Below are positions 1 to 8,459 of a stretch of 64,000 nucleotides of DNA, one piece after another. The translations under genes and the position numbers were made by a program. A model generated the notes under the pieces. The model was not told where the DNA came from and searched no databases. It was given only the letters and a program-made list of their open reading frames with translations. Each line of letters opens with the position of its first letter. Position 1 is the first letter of the stretch. Source of the DNA: Pedosphaera sp. (lineage in GTDB: Bacteria; Verrucomicrobiota; Verrucomicrobiia; Limisphaerales; SIBH01). Where the stretch lies: positions 57,049 through 121,048 of the forward strand of contig JANOQV010000056.1 in NCBI GenBank assembly GCA_031414955.1, written 5' to 3'.

Positions 1-15
1 AAACGGCCAGCGCAC

Positions 16-2220
16 TTACGGGGCACGGATGAGGACGGATCCGTTGTGGCGACCCAGGCCGAAGTAGCCGGCCGCGATATTGCTGCTCTGCAAGACCGCG
101 CCGCGCAACGGCGTGAGCGAGAGGGACACCGGATGAGTAAAACTGCCCGTGAGCAGGCCGGTCTCATCCGCCACCGCGAGGGAGATGTTGTTGGTGTTCG
201 AGGGAATGGTGAAGGTGCCGTCCGGGTTGAGCAGCAGTTGGGCGCTAATCGGCGCGGCCAGCCCTCCCTCGGCCAGTTCGACGACGCCGTTGGTCCATGG
301 AAACAACCGGGCCTGCGAGGGCGGCGTGTAAGGCGAAACCGACCACCGCACGGTCACGTTGGTGTTTCCAGGGAAATCAGGGTTGAACCAGCTCACCGTG
401 GTATCGATGACATGATTGCTGTTGAACAATCCGAAGCCCAGCACTCCACCCCCTCCGAAGTACGCCGGGGCGAAGAGCGGCCAGCGCTCGCCTTGGAGGA
501 TGGAAGCGCGCTGCTTTATTGATTCCCCGTCGCCCAGCTTGCCCGACATGGTAATCCGACCGGACGGGCTCACGACCATGGTGCCGTGGCCGTAACCGTC
601 GCCCGCAAGAAAGTTCGTGTCGCGAGTCGGGGAGAGCAGATAGGTATAGCGCCCGGTCGAGACGGCGTGATTGGTGCCGGTGAATCTCTGCACCCGGAAG
701 AGCACGCCGGCCGCAGTGACGTGACCCTTCGAATAATCGGCCAAGATGGCCTCCGTGCCTTCGACGTATCTCAGGACCAGAATGAGTCGATCCAGGCCAA
801 CTTCCCCAGAGATGAGGCTACGGCCGCTGGGGGCGAAAGTGCCCCGGGTTTCATAACTTGCCCCCAACGGAGCCAACCGCCCGTTGTACTCGCCCCAAGA
901 GGTCAGGTTTAGGGACAGCCAGCCCAGGCTGGACTTGGGACCGCTGCCCTTGGGGAAAAACAGGCCGTGATAAGTGCCCTGAGGCTGGCCCAACAGCGTG
1001 TCGGAGAAACGCGCCGAGACGGAAAGGTTCTCGCTCATGCGGAACCCAATCGAGCGGACATTGGCGAAGATATCGCCGCGCCAGCCCAGAAAATACTTGC
1101 CCGGGCTGGGCCGGGCCTGGAGGTAGTAATTCACTCCGGCCTTCAGGATCTGGCCGTTGGTCGGTCCGCTGGTGTGCCCGGGCCCATCCACGTTCAAATG
1201 GAGGGGCGTGTAGAGCAGATAAAAAACTTTCCGCTTTTGCGGCGCGGACCGATTGCCGAAGGCATCCACGCTCCAGACGACGAAATCGTTGGTGCCAGGA
1301 AACAGTTTCAAGACGGTGGACCAGTTCGTGGCCCCGGGGCTGGTGACAAATCCGTAGGGCATCTGAAAAAGAATTCGATCCACGGTGGTGTCATCACCCG
1401 ACGTGCCGCTTACGGTGAGGCTTTCGTTCGTGGTCTCCAAGTCGGTCGTGGCGTCGAGGGTGAGGGCCGGACTGTTGAACTCGTGCGGGCGGCCATTCGT
1501 GAGGACCAAAGCCTGGACCACGAACAGATCTCGATACCGGGGCTGGGTCAGGCGGTTGGTGTTGACCGGCAAAGACTCAAATAAATCCGCCGGACGGGCC
1601 ACGCCTACGCCACGAATCCCATGCCCGCTCGAGAGGGTGTTGAAAAAGTTCAGCAAGTTGGTCCCATTCTCCGGGCCCGTCGTGTTCACGACATGGCCAA
1701 AGACGGTAAACCCACCATCGACTGCATCCAGATTGGTGTTGTTGTTCAGGTTGAAGAAGAACTGCGCATCCGCCGAGTTGGTCACCCCACCGACCCGCGC
1801 CATGGCGATGGTTCCATAGAGATTGCTCATTTCTGGTCCCACGCTGTACTCGTTGGTGATCCGGCCGAAGTTCGGTCCCGTGACATACGAGGCGAACGCT
1901 CTCCGACTGGCTGGATTGGGCACGGTGACATAGCCGCCCTGCATGACAAAATTAGGCACCAAACGCTGCAAGACCAGGTTCGAATAACCGCCGCTGTAAA
2001 CGTAGAGCAGGAAGTTCTTCACCGTCTCGGGCTTGTCCTGGTCGAACAGTTCCAGATCGAGGTGCCCAAAGTTTGTGCCGCCGGTCAAGAAATTGAAACG
2101 AACGATGGTGTTGCTTGAATTGATCACGGCTTGCGCGCGCGCATCCGGCCTGGCGACCAGGCCGCAGACCAGGGTCAGTATGAGAATCAGGTTTTTCACA
2201 ATGGTGGCGAAGTCTAACAT
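16..2220 (-). CDS. Secreted cyclophilin-type peptidyl-prolyl isomerase fused to Ig-like/beta-rich domains
   Basis: Signal peptide (LILILTLVCGLVA..AQA); cyclophilin motifs LELFDQDKPETVKNF, RLVPNFVMQGG, GTIAMAR, QFFFNL, FTVFGHV; then ~500 aa beta-rich extension. ATG 2220 chosen; start uncertain. Confidence 0.8.
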   Translation of the reverse strand: MLDFATIVKNLILILTLVCGLVARPDARAQAVINSSNTIVRFNFLTGGTNFGHLDLELFDQDKPETVKNFLLYVYSGGYSNLVLQRLVPNFVMQGGYVTVPNPASRRAFASYVTGPNFGRITNEYSVGPEMSNLYGTIAMARVGGVTNSADAQFFFNLNNNTNLDAVDGGFTVFGHVVNTTGPENGTNLLNFFNTLSSGHGIRGVGVARPADLFESLPVNTNRLTQPRYRDLFVVQALVLTNGRPHEFNSPALTLDATTDLETTNESLTVSGTSGDDTTVDRILFQMPYGFVTSPGATNWSTVLKLFPGTNDFVVWSVDAFGNRSAPQKRKVFYLLYTPLHLNVDGPGHTSGPTNGQILKAGVNYYLQARPSPGKYFLGWRGDIFANVRSIGFRMSENLSVSARFSDTLLGQPQGTYHGLFFPKGSGPKSSLGWLSLNLTSWGEYNGRLAPLGASYETRGTFAPSGRSLISGEVGLDRLILVLRYVEGTEAILADYSKGHVTAAGVLFRVQRFTGTNHAVSTGRYTYLLSPTRDTNFLAGDGYGHGTMVVSPSGRITMSGKLGDGESIKQRASILQGERWPLFAPAYFGGGGVLGFGLFNSNHVIDTTVSWFNPDFPGNTNVTVRWSVSPYTPPSQARLFPWTNGVVELAEGGLAAPISAQLLLNPDGTFTIPSNTNNISLAVADETGLLTGSFTHPVSLSLTPLRGAVLQSSNIAAGYFGLGRHNGSVLIRAP

Positions 2221-2261
2221 GGATTTTGGCCGTGACAACGGTGGGCCGGGGCGGGCCAAGA

Positions 2262-3977
2262 CTATTTTCGAACCAGGAAATCTCCAATGGCCAGGTTCCT
2301 CAGGTCGCTGCCGTCGAACATGTTCAGCGCATCGTCCGGCGAGCAGACCATCGGCTCGCCCCGGCGGTTGAGCGAGGTGTTCAACAGTACTGGCAGGCCG
2401 GTGCGGGCCTCGAACTTCCGCAGCAACTCATAATAGCGCGGGTTGCTTTGCGCGGTGACGATTTGCGGGCGGGCCGTGCCGTCCTCGTGCACCACTTCCG
2501 GGATGCGCAACTTCCAGTGCTCCGCCACGTCGAAGGTGAATGTCATGTAGGGCGACGGGTGCTTCGTCTGCAAAATATCCGCCGCCGCATGGTCGAGCAT
2601 CGAGGGGCAGAAGGGCCGCCATCGCTCGCGATACTTGATCTGGGCGTTGATCGTGTCGGCCGTGCCGCGGCTGGCGGGATGGCCCAGGATGCTCCGGTTG
2701 CCCAGGGAACGCGGGCCAAATTCCATCCGGCCCTGGAACCACGAAACCACTTCACCGCGCGCCAGCAGATCCGCGCCGGCCTCCGTGATGGAAGCGCACC
2801 GCTCGTATTTCACGCCTCGTTTCTTCAGCGCCGCTTCAATTTCCCCGGCCGAATATTCCGGCCCGAGATAGGCGTGCTCCATGGGCTGGATGGTGTCACC
2901 GAGTTGCTGCGCCGCGTAAGTCGCCGCGCCCAGCGCCGTGCCCGAATCGCTGGCCGCCGGCTGCACAAACAGTTCGCCGCCCGGAGGGAGCTGAGCGATG
3001 AGCCGCTGGTTGGCCTTCACGTTCAAGGCTACGCCGCCCGCGTAGCAGAGCCGCCGGGTCCGGGCGATGTGCCCGCCGAGGTAATGCTTGGTCAGCGCGA
3101 GCAGCACCTCCTCAAGCTGGCGCTGCACCGCCGCCGCAATGTGAACATACGGATCGTCAATCTCATCGCCTTTGCGCGACGGACCCCATTTCTCGATCAG
3201 CTTGGGTGAGAAGTAAGTGCCCTTGCCCTCCTGCTTGTGCCGCCGCCAGCCAATGCAATTGACCAGCGAGGTGTTCACGCGGAAATCACTTTCGGTCCAC
3301 TCCAGCAGCGATGACACATCAATCCGGCTGGCGTCGCCGTAGGGTGCCATGCCCATGACCTTGAACTCGCCATCCAGCATCTCGAACCCGAGAAACTCCG
3401 TCACGGCCCCGTAGAGTCCGCCCAACGAATCCGGCGCATAGAATTCTTTCAGGCAGCGAATCTCGCCACCCACGCCGTGCCCAAACCAGGTCGTGCAGTA
3501 CTCGCCCACACCGTCCACGCTCATGATGGCCGCGTCGCGATAGCCCGAGACATGATAGGCGCTCGAAGCGTGCGCCAGGTGGTGCTCGACCGGGATGAAT
3601 TTGATTTTACGCGGGTCGATGCCCAGTCGTTCCAGCGCAGCGAAGACCGCCGCCACATTTCGGCGATAACGGCGATTGCCGTTGAGCAGCGCGGTCAACG
3701 CCCGATCCGGCGCGTAATAATGCCGCCGCGCGTAATGCCACCGCGCCGGCCCAAAAATGCTGATCGGAGCGAAGGGATAGGCCACCGCCTGCACGTCCGA
3801 AGGTTTAAGCCCGGCAAATTGGAGGCAGAATTTGGCGGCCTGCTCCGCCTGCAAACCCTTGGCATGCTTGTCGCGGTTGAAACGCTCCTCCTCGGCGGCG
3901 GCCACCACCTTGCCATCCACCACCAGCGCCGCCGCCGGATCGTGACCGACCGCCCCGCCTAGCCCGAGGACGATCAT
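2262..3977 (-). CDS. Carbamoyltransferase, NodU/CmcH family
   Basis: HDPAAAL, EEERFNRDKH, EHHLAHA, GEFKVMGMAPYG, GGVALNVKAN, EFGPRSLGNRSIL, LNTSLN motifs. Confidence 0.93.
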   Translation of the reverse strand: MIVLGLGGAVGHDPAAALVVDGKVVAAAEEERFNRDKHAKGLQAEQAAKFCLQFAGLKPSDVQAVAYPFAPISIFGPARWHYARRHYYAPDRALTALLNGNRRYRRNVAAVFAALERLGIDPRKIKFIPVEHHLAHASSAYHVSGYRDAAIMSVDGVGEYCTTWFGHGVGGEIRCLKEFYAPDSLGGLYGAVTEFLGFEMLDGEFKVMGMAPYGDASRIDVSSLLEWTESDFRVNTSLVNCIGWRRHKQEGKGTYFSPKLIEKWGPSRKGDEIDDPYVHIAAAVQRQLEEVLLALTKHYLGGHIARTRRLCYAGGVALNVKANQRLIAQLPPGGELFVQPAASDSGTALGAATYAAQQLGDTIQPMEHAYLGPEYSAGEIEAALKKRGVKYERCASITEAGADLLARGEVVSWFQGRMEFGPRSLGNRSILGHPASRGTADTINAQIKYRERWRPFCPSMLDHAAADILQTKHPSPYMTFTFDVAEHWKLRIPEVVHEDGTARPQIVTAQSNPRYYELLRKFEARTGLPVLLNTSLNRRGEPMVCSPDDALNMFDGSDLRNLAIGDFLVRK

Positions 3978-4651
3978 GACGACTGGCGGCGGAACACTGC
4001 GAGATGCAGGGTGTGGATGAGATTGAGCCGCGCGAAATCACGAACCAGCCCGAAGCCGCACTTCTCGAAGTACGATTTCACCTCACGCAACGACGTGGCG
4101 TGCTTCTGCGACTTGCGGCCGCCGCGGGCCGCGCGCCATTTGCGACCCAGCGAGGTGTAGGAGTAGGGGCTGAAATAGGAAAGGGCCACGAAATTTTTTG
4201 ACACGCGGCAAAGTTCCGTGACCACACGCTGCCGAATCTCCGCGTTGGGAAAATGATGGAAGAGCCGGAAGCTGATGATGGCGTCGAAGTGCCGATCCGA
4301 ATAGCCAAGTTGTTCCAAATCTTGTTTCTCCACCGGTATCTTCAGACCGCAGGCGGTGATTTTTTCACGGGCGATTTCGAGCATGGCGTCCGACAAATCC
4401 GCCGCCGTCATTTTGTAGCCCAGGCCGGCGAGCATCATCGTCACCCTGCCCCCGCCGCAAGGTGCATCGAGCACCTGCCCGCGTGGGATCACACCAAAGG
4501 CCCGTTCCACCAACCGCAGCTCGGCCCGCTCCTTGCGCTCCGCGCGGATTTGGTAGGCCCGCGCCTTTTCGGGCGTGTACTTTACCCGCCCATTGTAAGT
4601 GGGCGATCTGTCGATCCTGATGCTTTCCACAAGTCCGGCGAGCGTAACCAC
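3974..4651 (-). CDS. Class I SAM-dependent methyltransferase
   Basis: VLDAPCGGGR motif I, AADLSDAML, FDAIISFRLFHH; stop overlaps carbamoyltransferase start. Confidence 0.85.
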   Translation of the reverse strand: MVTLAGLVESIRIDRSPTYNGRVKYTPEKARAYQIRAERKERAELRLVERAFGVIPRGQVLDAPCGGGRVTMMLAGLGYKMTAADLSDAMLEIAREKITACGLKIPVEKQDLEQLGYSDRHFDAIISFRLFHHFPNAEIRQRVVTELCRVSKNFVALSYFSPYSYTSLGRKWRAARGGRKSQKHATSLREVKSYFEKCGFGLVRDFARLNLIHTLHLAVFRRQSS

Positions 4652-4818
4652 GCGCCCGACTCACGGCAACGGGCTTTTTGTCGCGCCGGCCCTCCCCACT
4701 CAAGCCCCAGGGTGGCAACTGACATAATCTGACTGCGAACCAGAATTCGGTCGTGGACGAGGATGGCGAGCTCGTATTTACGATCGCCGGCAAGGTCAGC
4801 CCAGAGCGGTGAATTGGG

Positions 4819-5031
4819 TTGGTCCGTCGCCTACTCCCCAATGAAATGGGCCACGATGCGGCGGCGGTGGGCGAGCGTGCGGTGTTCCCAAAGATAAATG
4901 CCCTGCCAGGTGCCCAGCGCCAGCTCACCGCGTGCGATGGGCACAGTCACATTCACCGCCGTGAGCGCGGTGTGGATGTGCGCGGACATGTCGTCCTCGC
5001 CCTCGGCGGTGTGCTCGAAGATCGATTCACC
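4819..5031. repeat. Direct repeat copy 1 (pairs with 14938-15150)
   Basis: Ungapped alignment at constant offset 10119 with scattered mismatches. Confidence 0.92.
4831..5031 (-). pseudogene. yjbQ: Orphan 3' fragment of yjbQ (second copy)
   Basis: Encodes IFEHTAEGEDDMSAHIHTALT...LGTWQGIYLWEHR...HFIGE, near-identical to the C-terminus of 14950-15372; 5' half absent. Confidence 0.88.
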
Positions 5032-5271
5032 ACGCCGGCTCAGACGATGCCCTTGGGGGCGCTTCGTCCCCATCGCGCGGGTGTTGTCCGGCGGTGGCTG
5101 ATGGTGTGCAACATCTCCGAGCTGACTTGCGCGGTCTGTTTCCGCAATGAAGCCAGGTAAGGAAACTTGACCCAGATCGCCCCGAGCCCACTCACCCGCA
5201 CGCCTGGGCGACACGAATTGGACAGACAAGACTGAGATAACATGGCAAGCAGTGGCTCCAGAACCTGAGTT

Positions 5272-6015
5272 ATGAGTTCGCTTTCCAAACAAAACCTCCA
5301 GGAGTCGCCGCGCGGCGGTCAGTTTCTCACCACGCCCTGGACGATCGTCGTCTCACACGCGCGCGCGGGGGACACGGCGGCGCGCGAGCAGTTGTGCCGG
5401 CTCTACTGGTATCCGCTCTACGCCTACCTGCGCCGCGAGGGTTGCGCCCCGCACAACGCGCAAGATTTGGTGCAGGGCTTCCTCGCGGCGCTGCTCGCCC
5501 GGGACGGATTGCGCGAGGTTGCGCGCGTCAAAGGCCGCTTCCGCTCCTTCCTCCTGGCGTGCTTGAAGAATTATCAGAAGGATCAATGGTCGCGGGAGCA
5601 GGCCGTGAAGCGCGGCGGGCATGCGCTGATTTTTTCGCTCGATGAAACGGTCGCGGAAGAACATTACCGGCGCGAGCCGACCGACGGCGTGGATCCGGCG
5701 AAGCTCTACGAGCGGGCCTGGGCGCAGGCGGTGCTGGACCGGGCACTGGCCCGCGTGGAGCGGAAGTTCACTCAGGCCGGACAGGAGGCAGTATTTGTCG
5801 CACTGGCTCCGTTTCTGCGGGGTGAGCGCGTGGCGGAAAACCACGCGCAACTGGGCGCGCGTTTTGGGCTTACGGAGCAGGCCATGCGCGTGCGCGTCCA
5901 CCGGTTGCGCGCCGAATACCGCCAGGTGCTGCGTGAAGAAGTGGGAGCCACCGTGCTGGACGCGCCGGAAGTGGACGAGGAACTGGCCCACCTCTACCGC
6001 GTGCTCACGACCTGA
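5272..6015 (+). CDS. ECF RNA polymerase sigma-70 factor
   Basis: FLTTPWTIV, LCRLYWYPLYAYLRR, AQDLVQGF, GRFRSFLL region 2; region 4 HTH LGARFGLTEQAMRVRVHRLR. Confidence 0.9.
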   Translation: MSSLSKQNLQESPRGGQFLTTPWTIVVSHARAGDTAAREQLCRLYWYPLYAYLRREGCAPHNAQDLVQGFLAALLARDGLREVARVKGRFRSFLLACLKNYQKDQWSREQAVKRGGHALIFSLDETVAEEHYRREPTDGVDPAKLYERAWAQAVLDRALARVERKFTQAGQEAVFVALAPFLRGERVAENHAQLGARFGLTEQAMRVRVHRLRAEYRQVLREEVGATVLDAPEVDEELAHLYRVLTT

Positions 6016-6018
6016 AGC

Positions 6019-6288
6019 TCACCACAGAAATCCGTGGACGTGAATCTGGTGGAAGAGCGGCAAGGAACCGGGCGTGGGCCCGCACTGGCGCAGGGAAAAA
6101 TCCGCGCCTTCCACGGACGGCAATTCACCCTCAATCACAGCCCCGCGCTTTTTTGCCTCGCGCGAGCGCGCGAGGCCGTTCGAGGATTTTATCTCCCGCG
6201 CCTGGCTCCAGTCCGCGTCGGACACGGCCACGACCCAAACGTCGCCGACTGCGAGGTAGCCTACGCCGAAGGAGCGGGTGCGGTTCAT
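6019..6288 (-). CDS. Small hypothetical protein (89 aa)
   Basis: ATG 7 nt after the kinase stop with AGGA upstream; fills the gap to the sigma gene; no recognised domain. Confidence 0.3.
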   Translation of the reverse strand: MNRTRSFGVGYLAVGDVWVVAVSDADWSQAREIKSSNGLARSREAKKRGAVIEGELPSVEGADFSLRQCGPTPGSLPLFHQIHVHGFLW

Positions 6289-6294
6289 GTCCTG

Positions 6295-8142
6295 TTACGG
6301 CGTCGGGTCGGGCCACATCCACACGACGTTGGTGGTCTTGCTCCCAGGCTGCACGATCCAGTTAGTTTCCACGGTGTGGAAGCCGGGGCAAAAAAACCGG
6401 TAGTTGATTTCGCCGGGTGAATGCGCGCGTTCCTCGGCCATAAATTCAAACAGCAGATATTCCACGAAGTCTTTCCGCACGGTGTTGTTTTTGAACCGCC
6501 ACGGCTCCGTGCGGCCCCATTCGTCCGTGCTGAGGACCCAGAGGTTCGGCGCAGCATCGATCACGCCGACGATTTTGAGGCGCAGGACGCCGGGGCGGAA
6601 ATCAAGCGCGAGTTTCGCTGCCGGCCCGGCGCGGAGTTCCACCCGCGTGCGCGCGCGGTTGTTCGTGTCGGTAAGCGAGGCGGCGTCCACCACGAGACGA
6701 CCGGCGGGCAGATTGCTGAGGAGGAGCTGCTGGCCGGAGAGAAGTCCTTCGGCAACGGTTTTTTTGTCGGCATCAAAAACCTGGAAGCGCACCGGCTCTC
6801 GACCGAGCGAGGGCGCGCGGGTGAGGAGCAGGGAGCCGGAAGCCAGCCCGGTCTTTTTATCCGGCCCGCCGCGACCGCGACCGTGGGGCGTCATCACGGC
6901 TGGCGGGACGAAATTCGTCAAAAAACTTTTAGTTGGGTTCGTCGTTGATGGCCGAAAGTTTAATCTCCCCCGCCATTTCCATCCGGCTGCGCCCACGCCC
7001 GCGAGGAACAGCAGCAACACCAGCCACGCCCAGTTCCGCGCCGCCGGCTTCGGTTCCTCGTCGCCCACCCAAGTCGTCCGGCCCGGTCTCAGCCCTTGGT
7101 CGGCCACCGGTTCCGAGGCGCGATGCAGGCGAAGCCGCCCCGCGACTTCGCGCATGTTCTGGAGCCGGCACGCTGGATCGGGCGTGAGGCAGGCGGTCAC
7201 CGCGACTTTCACATGGCCCGGCAGCGCCACCTCGTAACCCAATTCCCCCAGCCGGTCCGACATCGACTGCGGCAGTTCGCGCGGCGCGGCAAAAATTTCC
7301 TCCTGGGTCCGAAAGGGCGGCGTGCCCGTGAGCAAAAAGTAGAGCGTCGCGCCCAACGAATAAATGTCATCCGTCAGCGCCGCTGGTTCGCCCGCCATCT
7401 GCTCCGGGCTGCTAAAAAGCGGCGTGCCGCAACCGCTCTCCCGCTCTTCTCCCGCCTGGGCGCGGTCGACCGCAGGGTTGGCGAGGCCGAAGTCGGCGAG
7501 TTTCAAAACGCCCTCATGGGTGACCATCAAGTTGCCCGGCTTCAAGTCGCGATGGACGATGCCCTCCGTGCCGTGCGCGTATTCCAGCGCGGCGCACAAC
7601 TGCCGCACCCAAGGCAGAATCGCGACCCAAAGGAACAGGCCCGCCGGCTGCCCGGCGCGCAGCGCCTCGACGGACCAGCCGCGCACGTATTCCATCGAGA
7701 AAAAGACCGGCTCATCCTCCTGCTCGTGCCAGTCGTAGATGCGGATGATGTTCGGATGGTTCAGCCGTCGGCTGTGCAGCACCTCGCGTTTCAGAAAGTC
7801 GAGCGCCTCGGGCCGGTCGCGGATTTGCGGCGCGAGAAATTTCAGGGCGACAAAAAAAACGTCCCCGCCCCGGGTGAGATGCTCGTCCACCGCCAGCCAC
7901 ACCAGGCCCATGCCGCCCTCGCCGAGTGGTTCGACCAGCCGGAAGCGGCCCCGTGCCAGCCGCTCGCCCGGCTGGATCACCCAGCCATAACGAGCGACCT
8001 GCTCCTCGGTCGGGACGGGCTGGCCCAGTGATGAAATGCGCAGCGAACTGATTTGAAAACAGGCGAGACACAGGCCGAGCGGAGCCTGATCCGGAATGGT
8101 GGCACCACAATCAACGCAGTGAATCGCTAGATCTTCGGTCAT
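6295..8142 (-). CDS. Membrane-anchored Hanks-type Ser/Thr protein kinase
   Basis: N-terminal CxxC..CxxC; GEGGMG, VALK, HRDLKPGN, DFG, GTP..SPEQ; TM helix WAWLVLLLFLAGVGAAGW; beta-rich extracytoplasmic C-terminus. ATG 8142 overlaps the upstream stop (ATGA). Confidence 0.92.
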   Translation of the reverse strand: MTEDLAIHCVDCGATIPDQAPLGLCLACFQISSLRISSLGQPVPTEEQVARYGWVIQPGERLARGRFRLVEPLGEGGMGLVWLAVDEHLTRGGDVFFVALKFLAPQIRDRPEALDFLKREVLHSRRLNHPNIIRIYDWHEQEDEPVFFSMEYVRGWSVEALRAGQPAGLFLWVAILPWVRQLCAALEYAHGTEGIVHRDLKPGNLMVTHEGVLKLADFGLANPAVDRAQAGEERESGCGTPLFSSPEQMAGEPAALTDDIYSLGATLYFLLTGTPPFRTQEEIFAAPRELPQSMSDRLGELGYEVALPGHVKVAVTACLTPDPACRLQNMREVAGRLRLHRASEPVADQGLRPGRTTWVGDEEPKPAARNWAWLVLLLFLAGVGAAGWKWRGRLNFRPSTTNPTKSFLTNFVPPAVMTPHGRGRGGPDKKTGLASGSLLLTRAPSLGREPVRFQVFDADKKTVAEGLLSGQQLLLSNLPAGRLVVDAASLTDTNNRARTRVELRAGPAAKLALDFRPGVLRLKIVGVIDAAPNLWVLSTDEWGRTEPWRFKNNTVRKDFVEYLLFEFMAEERAHSPGEINYRFFCPGFHTVETNWIVQPGSKTTNVVWMWPDPTP

Positions 8143-8435
8143 CGCTTTCGGGCGAGGAGGAAAATGGCGATCCGGATCGAACTTGGCAACACCGCGCGCG
8201 CCTTCACCACAAATGTTGCGGCACAAGAAACCAGCCCGGTATCAAATCCTTGACCCGTGCGACGGCGGAGAAGCTTGGCCCAGGGGGGCACCAAACACCT
8301 GGCCAAGATCTCAAGCTCTTCGGCGGTCAAGCCCGTCGCCGCTTCGCCAGGCGCGGCGTGCTCAAGATGCGCTCTTCCTGGCCAGGATTCTCCCGCCTCG
8401 GCTACTCCCGATGAGGCCAGATGGGTGTGCCCCAC
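8139..8435 (-). CDS. Small hypothetical protein (98 aa), coupled to kinase
   Basis: TGA overlaps kinase ATG (ATGA at 8139-8142); starts 25 nt after the upstream gene. Confidence 0.4.
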   Translation of the reverse strand: MGHTHLASSGVAEAGESWPGRAHLEHAAPGEAATGLTAEELEILARCLVPPWAKLLRRRTGQGFDTGLVSCAATFVVKARAVLPSSIRIAIFLLARKR

Positions 8436-8459
8436 GCACCGTCAAGATGCTCGATTTCA

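Noticed and set aside
4722..4812. Short plus-strand stretch reading NLTANQNSVVDEDGELVFTIAGKVSPER
   Set aside because: May be a gene 3' remnant but is too short, lacks a start and cannot be assigned
5032..5292. 153-aa ORF 4831-5292 as a complete second yjbQ
   Set aside because: Similarity to yjbQ ends at 5031; the upstream part lacks the HTSASL/ENAD motifs
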